Of a stretch of DNA of 64,000 bases, positions 58,852 through 64,000 are shown one piece after another; position 1 is the first letter of the stretch, and every line of letters begins with the position of its first letter. The stretch comes from Candidatus Heimdallarchaeota archaeon (GTDB taxonomy: Archaea; Asgardarchaeota; Heimdallarchaeia; JABLTI01): the NCBI GenBank assembly GCA_018238155.1, contig JABCTZ010000001.1, forward strand, positions 32,001-96,000, read 5' to 3'. The position numbers were made by a program, and so were the translations under genes. The notes under the pieces are model-generated. The model did no database searches, was not told the origin of the DNA, and worked only from the letters and a program-made list of their open reading frames with translations.

Positions 58852-61536
58852 ATGATGAAAATATTTTATAACTTACTTTCGAAGAAAAATTCTCTAATTA
58901 AGCAGATTATGATATATAGTTTGATAATAATTGTTTCTGTAAGTGTTTTATATCTACCTCAAGTAGCTAACCCTCATAATCTTAGAAATTATTTCAGGAA
59001 TTTTAGCAATGGTGGATTATATTTCAAAGAAGGCACCATTGATTGGGATCGATATGGATATGACTTTGAAACAACAGCTGGGCAGTCTAGCTCTTTAGGC
59101 TTCTTTGATAATTTTTCTGATATTTTAGAAACAACATCCAAAGAAGTTTATGGTTTATTTGAACCTTCAGAGTATTATTGTATTTCAAAACTAAATATTT
59201 ACATCAATAATTTGACTATCGATAATCAATTTTCTTTGATTCCAATAAGCTCTAGATTCTATAATGAAATAGGAAAATTATTGAATACTACTTTCATCGG
59301 TGGGTCATTAATTATTACGAATACCTCAAGTTTCTCATCAGGTTCATACAATATAACTTATAATAATCAAAATACCTCTATTTCAATAAATTATCTTATT
59401 GAAAGCAATCTAATAGAAACATATTATCCTTCTCTGAAACATCAAATCTTTGGAAATCAACAAAATGATAATTTAACAAATATTATTTTAATGCCTGTGG
59501 TTGAATTCTCTCCAATATTTGATAATCTAGAAAAGTCTTTTAGTAATAAATATCATTTTGAAGTTTATATCAAGTTTTCTGATTTTCAAAAGGATGTTAT
59601 ATTTTGGTCTATTAATTCTCAATCATTATTACTAGATTTTGAAGAGACTTTAATTGCTAACCTCCAATCAGTTGAATCAACTTTAACAATTCAATTTTTT
59701 AGGAATCAAGATTTTTCGATAGCGAATAATTCCATCTTAATCAAGACTATTTTTTCATTTATTCGTGGTATCCAAATTACCATTTGGATAATATCAATAG
59801 CTATTGTAGGATTAACAATTTCACAAGTTAAAAAGAGTGGGCTAAAAAAAGAAATGCGTATTTTAATGGCTGGAGAAAAATGGTCTACTCGATTAATCAG
59901 CCATTTTTCTGAAATATCTATTATTGAATTCTGTAGTTGCTTGATAGCATTACCAATTTCATTTCTATTTATGAAAGCTCAGATTTTAATTGGATTAGAT
60001 TTTAGTTTTACAAAAGCAATGGCTTTGGGGTATGGACTGATTCCTATCTGTTTTCTATGCCTGTTATTTGGTTTTTATTTTGATTTTGAATTTTATCTTC
60101 GACGTATTTTAGAAACTGGTTTTTCATCTGAAAAATATCGTCCATTCACAAAAATACCAAATATCGTCAAAGTAATGCTTATTCCAGTTGCATTCCTTTT
60201 AGTTTGGTTATTGAACAAATCACTTACTTCACTTTTGTTTCAATTAGGTTATATTATTGTTGTAATTATAATTGCATCTTTGGTTGGTTTTTTGATAAAA
60301 TCTTTGCTTAAAGTAATATATCGGTTTAGTATTAAAAGAAAAAGGAAAGTGGATCAACCTCGTTCAGTTTTCAATATTATTTGTCAATTATTTAACAAAT
60401 CACTTGTAAATAGGGTTCGAGTCTTTTCTTTTCTATTAACAATTGTTTCTTTAATGTTCTTTTATACAGCTATTACTGCTGATGGTTTTAAAAATGGTTA
60501 TTTATTAATGCACGGCAGTGAGATAAGTGTTACTGTAAATGCCGATTCAAATTCAACGTTGATTAAAGATACACTCATTAATAATTCCAATATTCTTGAT
60601 TATACAATTATATCTATGATTAATCACAACCAAGTGTATAATATTACGGTATTGAAAGAATCTTTTGATAATGATTCATGTTCAATTTATGGTTTGAATA
60701 TAGATGATTATTTCAACTTTTATAAGACTTGGAATAAGCGAAATTGGCTTCAAAGTGGAACACTTGATGCTTTAGATAACCAATCAATATTTGTAAGCTT
60801 AAAATTCAAAGAGTATAATTATGACATCGGTGATAATTTAGTATTAAAAGATAATTTATCTTTAACCATAGCTGGTTTTTTGAATGAGTGGTCTGGTATT
60901 TCTGATATATATTGCACAAAAAGTCAATTAATAGTAGCTCTGACTCAACCTGATATGTTACATATTCAAGGTTTTGCTGGTAATGGTTCTGTTTCTTATA
61001 CCTATAAGATTCATGTCAAACCAAAGAATATTATTCCAACAGTTAATTACTTAAATGAGAAACTGTCTGCATTAGATTCATTTGAGGAAATAACTGCTAT
61101 CGATTTCATGATTTTTATAGGAGTCCGAATCGTTTTCTTATATCCTATTTGTTTACTTTTTGAGCTTTTCATATTAATCATGATTGCTCTAACTATATAT
61201 TCAAATATCGTACCAATGCAATCAAATGAAAATTTCAAGTTATTTGGTTTAATTTCAATGAATGCTGATTACAGGAAACCCTTTAGGAATTATAAGATCT
61301 TTGAAAATATTCTATTTAGCTTTTTGTTCGTTTTGATTCTTTCATTATTTTTATTACTGGGTAGTATTTCTTGGGTTCTATTATCCCCGGGTGATTTTTC
61401 TTTCTCCTCTCAAACAATACTATATACGGGAATATTTTTCGCTCTTTATATTGCTCTCTTATTCATACAGAGTTCAATAGAATACATTAGTTTCAAGAAA
61501 CTAAAATTAAATTTACTATATCGTCATTCAGAATGA
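58852..61536 (+). CDS. Large FtsX/MacB-like ABC permease (cassette 2)
   Basis: Paralogue of 35549-38311 (PQVANPH, DFE..LR, PF.KIP, NWLQ, IAGFL..W.GI, LL.RH.E end). Confidence 0.7.
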   Translation: MMKIFYNLLSKKNSLIKQIMIYSLIIIVSVSVLYLPQVANPHNLRNYFRNFSNGGLYFKEGTIDWDRYGYDFETTAGQSSSLGFFDNFSDILETTSKEVYGLFEPSEYYCISKLNIYINNLTIDNQFSLIPISSRFYNEIGKLLNTTFIGGSLIITNTSSFSSGSYNITYNNQNTSISINYLIESNLIETYYPSLKHQIFGNQQNDNLTNIILMPVVEFSPIFDNLEKSFSNKYHFEVYIKFSDFQKDVIFWSINSQSLLLDFEETLIANLQSVESTLTIQFFRNQDFSIANNSILIKTIFSFIRGIQITIWIISIAIVGLTISQVKKSGLKKEMRILMAGEKWSTRLISHFSEISIIEFCSCLIALPISFLFMKAQILIGLDFSFTKAMALGYGLIPICFLCLLFGFYFDFEFYLRRILETGFSSEKYRPFTKIPNIVKVMLIPVAFLLVWLLNKSLTSLLFQLGYIIVVIIIASLVGFLIKSLLKVIYRFSIKRKRKVDQPRSVFNIICQLFNKSLVNRVRVFSFLLTIVSLMFFYTAITADGFKNGYLLMHGSEISVTVNADSNSTLIKDTLINNSNILDYTIISMINHNQVYNITVLKESFDNDSCSIYGLNIDDYFNFYKTWNKRNWLQSGTLDALDNQSIFVSLKFKEYNYDIGDNLVLKDNLSLTIAGFLNEWSGISDIYCTKSQLIVALTQPDMLHIQGFAGNGSVSYTYKIHVKPKNIIPTVNYLNEKLSALDSFEEITAIDFMIFIGVRIVFLYPICLLFELFILIMIALTIYSNIVPMQSNENFKLFGLISMNADYRKPFRNYKIFENILFSFLFVLILSLFLLLGSISWVLLSPGDFSFSSQTILYTGIFFALYIALLFIQSSIEYISFKKLKLNLLYRHSE

Positions 61537-61553
61537 ATATCGGAGGTAATAAT

Positions 61554-62255
61554 ATGGCTAATACTATAAATAAAATATCTGCGCACGAGATTACAAAAAT
61601 CTATCCTCATCCTAATAAAAAAGATGTTAATTTCCCTGTTTTTGCTGGTGCATCTTTCATTATTACTAGTGAGTCTATTAATTACCTATTGGGTTCTTCG
61701 GGATCGGGCAAAACAACATTGCTAAGAATGCTTCATGGGATTGAAAAAATTAACGCTGGAGAATTAATATTCAATGATGTTGTGATTAATAGTTTAAGTG
61801 GAAAAGAAAGAATTACTTATTTAAAAGATGTTGGTTATATGGATCAATTTCCCTCTGATTACTTGTCAACAAACCTTACTGTTGCACAAAATTTGGATTA
61901 TTCTTTGTTGCTTCATCAAAGCTTACCGAGAGAGATACGAAAAAAGAAAATCGATGATATCGCAACTAAATTTCATTTATCAAACCTTCTTCAACAGAAA
62001 ACTCTTTCAATTTCAGGAGGGGAAATGAGGCGTTTAGGTTTAGCTTGCAGTATTATTTTTCAACCAAAAATTCTTCTCTGTGATGAACCAACAGCTCAAT
62101 TAGATAATGAAAATAAGAAAGATATTATGAAGATTTTTCATGAAATTGTATCAGAATTTAATCCAATTATCCTTATTGTGACCCATGATAATTCAATTAC
62201 AGATCCAAAATTTACACTTAAGATAGTTGACAGGAGGATCCAACAATGGAGTTAA
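61554..62255 (+). CDS. ABC ATPase A (cassette 2)
   Basis: GSSGSGKT, ISGGEMRR, CDEPTAQLD, VTHD; GGAGGT RBS before ATG at 61554. Confidence 0.92.
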   Translation: MANTINKISAHEITKIYPHPNKKDVNFPVFAGASFIITSESINYLLGSSGSGKTTLLRMLHGIEKINAGELIFNDVVINSLSGKERITYLKDVGYMDQFPSDYLSTNLTVAQNLDYSLLLHQSLPREIRKKKIDDIATKFHLSNLLQQKTLSISGGEMRRLGLACSIIFQPKILLCDEPTAQLDNENKKDIMKIFHEIVSEFNPIILIVTHDNSITDPKFTLKIVDRRIQQWS

Positions 62256-62920
62256 TAAGATTAGAACATATTCAATTTTCATTTGGTAATAATTCAAAAG
62301 AACAAAAAAAAATTTTGGCTGATATCAATTTAACTATCACTAAAGGGGACTTTCATCTCATAACAGGTCCTTCTGGATCGGGTAAAACAACCTTATTACA
62401 GATACTTGCTACTTTGTTATTTCCAACAAGTGGTAAATACTATTACGTAAACCAAGAGATCAATCGAAATTCTTCCATAGAGGAATTATCATCTCTCAGA
62501 TTAAAAATTGGTTATTTATTTCAAACTCCTTTTTTACCAAATAACCTTAAAGTCAAAGATTATATTGAAATTCAAGCCGAATTATCAGGAATGGGTATAG
62601 CTTCTGCAGAAAAGAAGTCATTGAGTTTATTAGAAGATTTTGGCATCGTAAATTTAGCTTCATTAAAACCTGGAACTCTAAGTGGTGGAGAAAAACAAAG
62701 AGTTGCATTAGCTGGTCTTTTTATTAAAAACAGCAAACTTTTGTTATTTGATGAACCTACAGGATCACTTGATTATGAAAATAAAAAAATATTTTGGGAA
62801 TTACTAGTACAAGCAAAAAAACAAGATACGACTGTAATAACAGTCTCACATGATGAATCATTATCAGCTTTTTGTGACCATTGTTTCAATTTGGATTATG
62901 GAGTTTTAACCCCTCTATAA
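62246..62920 (+). CDS. ABC ATPase B (cassette 2)
   Basis: GPSGSGKT, GYLFQ, LSGGEKQR, FDEPTGSLD, VSHD. Confidence 0.92.
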   Translation: MELIRLEHIQFSFGNNSKEQKKILADINLTITKGDFHLITGPSGSGKTTLLQILATLLFPTSGKYYYVNQEINRNSSIEELSSLRLKIGYLFQTPFLPNNLKVKDYIEIQAELSGMGIASAEKKSLSLLEDFGIVNLASLKPGTLSGGEKQRVALAGLFIKNSKLLLFDEPTGSLDYENKKIFWELLVQAKKQDTTVITVSHDESLSAFCDHCFNLDYGVLTPL

Positions 62921-63080
62921 ATAATGTTTAAATAAAAAAGGGAAATAACTCTTAACCATATTTTCTTCTTTTTATTGATTAGTCAGAATTTGTAAAAAGA
63001 GGTTTTATTCATCAGTGATAACTATTTTTTATAATAAAAAAAAAAATAGACTATTGGAAAAAATCCAATAATTCTTGTCT

Positions 63081-63950
63081 TTAGTTCAATTTTTCTAAGA
63101 TCATTTTTGGTACTTCGCTCAATAAGCGTGCAACACTTACTCCTGCTTCTTCAAGAACTTTGATCTTGGAGGCAGCAGTACCTTTGCCACCTGAGACTAT
63201 TGCACCTGCATGACCCATTTTCTTTCCCGGAGGGGCATTACGTCCACCAATAAAAGCAACAACTGGTTTCTTTACATGTTTCTTGATGTAAGCAGCAGCA
63301 TGTTCTTCTTCTGTTCCACCGATTTCACCAATGAGAACAATTGCTTCTGTGTTTGGATCTTTCTCGAACATTTCTAAGCCTTCTAGAAAACCGAGACCAT
63401 GAGATGGATCGCCACCTATACCAATACAAACAGTTTGACCGAGTCCTTCGAGAGTTATGTTTCTAATAACTTCATAGGATAGTGTGCCACTTCGTGCAAC
63501 AACACCAACATTACCTGGTTTAAAGATTGAATTGGGCATAATGCCGATTTTGCAGCCGTCTGTTGAGACAAGTCCTGGAGTATTAGGTCCGAGAATAACA
63601 ATTCCTTTTCCTTTTGCACGTTTGACCGCTCTAGCAGCATCCCAAACTGGAACTTCTTCTGTTATACAAACGATAAGTTGAATGTCATTATCAATCGCTT
63701 CATTGAGAGCCGAACCGGTATATTTTGCTGGAACAAAAATAACTGTTGCATCGATTTCATGTTCTACTTTAGCTTCCTTGATAGAATTATAAACTGGCAC
63801 TCCATGAACTTCTTGACCACCTCTTTTTGGTGTGACACCAGCAACAACTTTGGTTCCGTAATCTAGCATAGCTTTGGTATGGAATGTACCTTGGTTTCCA
63901 GTAATTCCTTGCACTAAAACTTTAGTATCTTTATTAACAAGAATCTTCAT
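63081..63950 (-). CDS. sucD: Succinyl-CoA synthetase alpha subunit
   Basis: QGITG, GPNTPG, RSGTL, GIGGD, GEIGG, MGHAGA. Confidence 0.96.
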   Translation of the reverse strand: MKILVNKDTKVLVQGITGNQGTFHTKAMLDYGTKVVAGVTPKRGGQEVHGVPVYNSIKEAKVEHEIDATVIFVPAKYTGSALNEAIDNDIQLIVCITEEVPVWDAARAVKRAKGKGIVILGPNTPGLVSTDGCKIGIMPNSIFKPGNVGVVARSGTLSYEVIRNITLEGLGQTVCIGIGGDPSHGLGFLEGLEMFEKDPNTEAIVLIGEIGGTEEEHAAAYIKKHVKKPVVAFIGGRNAPPGKKMGHAGAIVSGGKGTAASKIKVLEEAGVSVARLLSEVPKMILEKLN

Positions 63951-63965
63951 TAATTTTCACCAACC

Positions 63966-64000
63966 TTATTTTGCCTTAGCAATTTCAACTGCTTTTCTAA
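63966..64000 (-). CDS. sucC: 3' end of probable succinyl-CoA synthetase beta subunit (partial)
   Basis: ...RKAVEIAKAK* immediately upstream of sucD. Confidence 0.55.
   Translation of the reverse strand, partial: RKAVEIAKAK

Noticed and set aside
34871-62953. Cassettes as transposons, integron cassettes or DGR targets
   Set aside because: No transposase, integrase or reverse transcriptase in the window, no terminal inverted repeats, and no adenine-specific TR/VR pair. Mobility remains only an inference.
1-64000. CRISPR array, tRNA or rRNA genes
   Set aside because: No regularly spaced repeats and no GC-rich cloverleaf or rRNA-like segment seen by eye.

Overview
AT-rich, gene-dense archaeal chromosome segment, most likely from an Asgard archaeon (Heimdallarchaeia-like). 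This is inferred from ribosomal L38e/L34e, a Ras-superfamily small GTPase, Get3-, TRAP-beta- and CdvA-like genes and GGAG/GGTGA ribosome-binding sites. Housekeeping content includes ptrB, msrA, a P-type Ca2+-ATPase, Maf, a serine/glyoxylate cluster, pyrBI, a type IV pilus-like ATPase/TadC/pilin set and sucD. No tRNA, rRNA, CRISPR array, transposase or integrase was seen. The most striking feature is a four-gene cassette present twice, at 34871-39708 and 58131-62920. Each copy runs: small secreted beta-rich protein, hairpin + T-tract, ~900-aa FtsX/MacB-type permease, two different ABC ATPases. The proteins of the two copies are strongly diverged, yet the copies share an ungapped promoter and a 62-bp hairpin-containing leader identical at 60/62 positions. 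The second copy sits directly against a 5'-truncated cell-surface protein gene. Other oddities are a kinase N-lobe-only membrane protein, a permuted CdvA-like/PRC-barrel protein, a His-less pseudo histidine kinase, msrA apparently starting at ATT, a leaderless pilin-like gene, and several gene remnants missed by the ORF track. All family assignments come from motif recognition by eye; no database searches were run.
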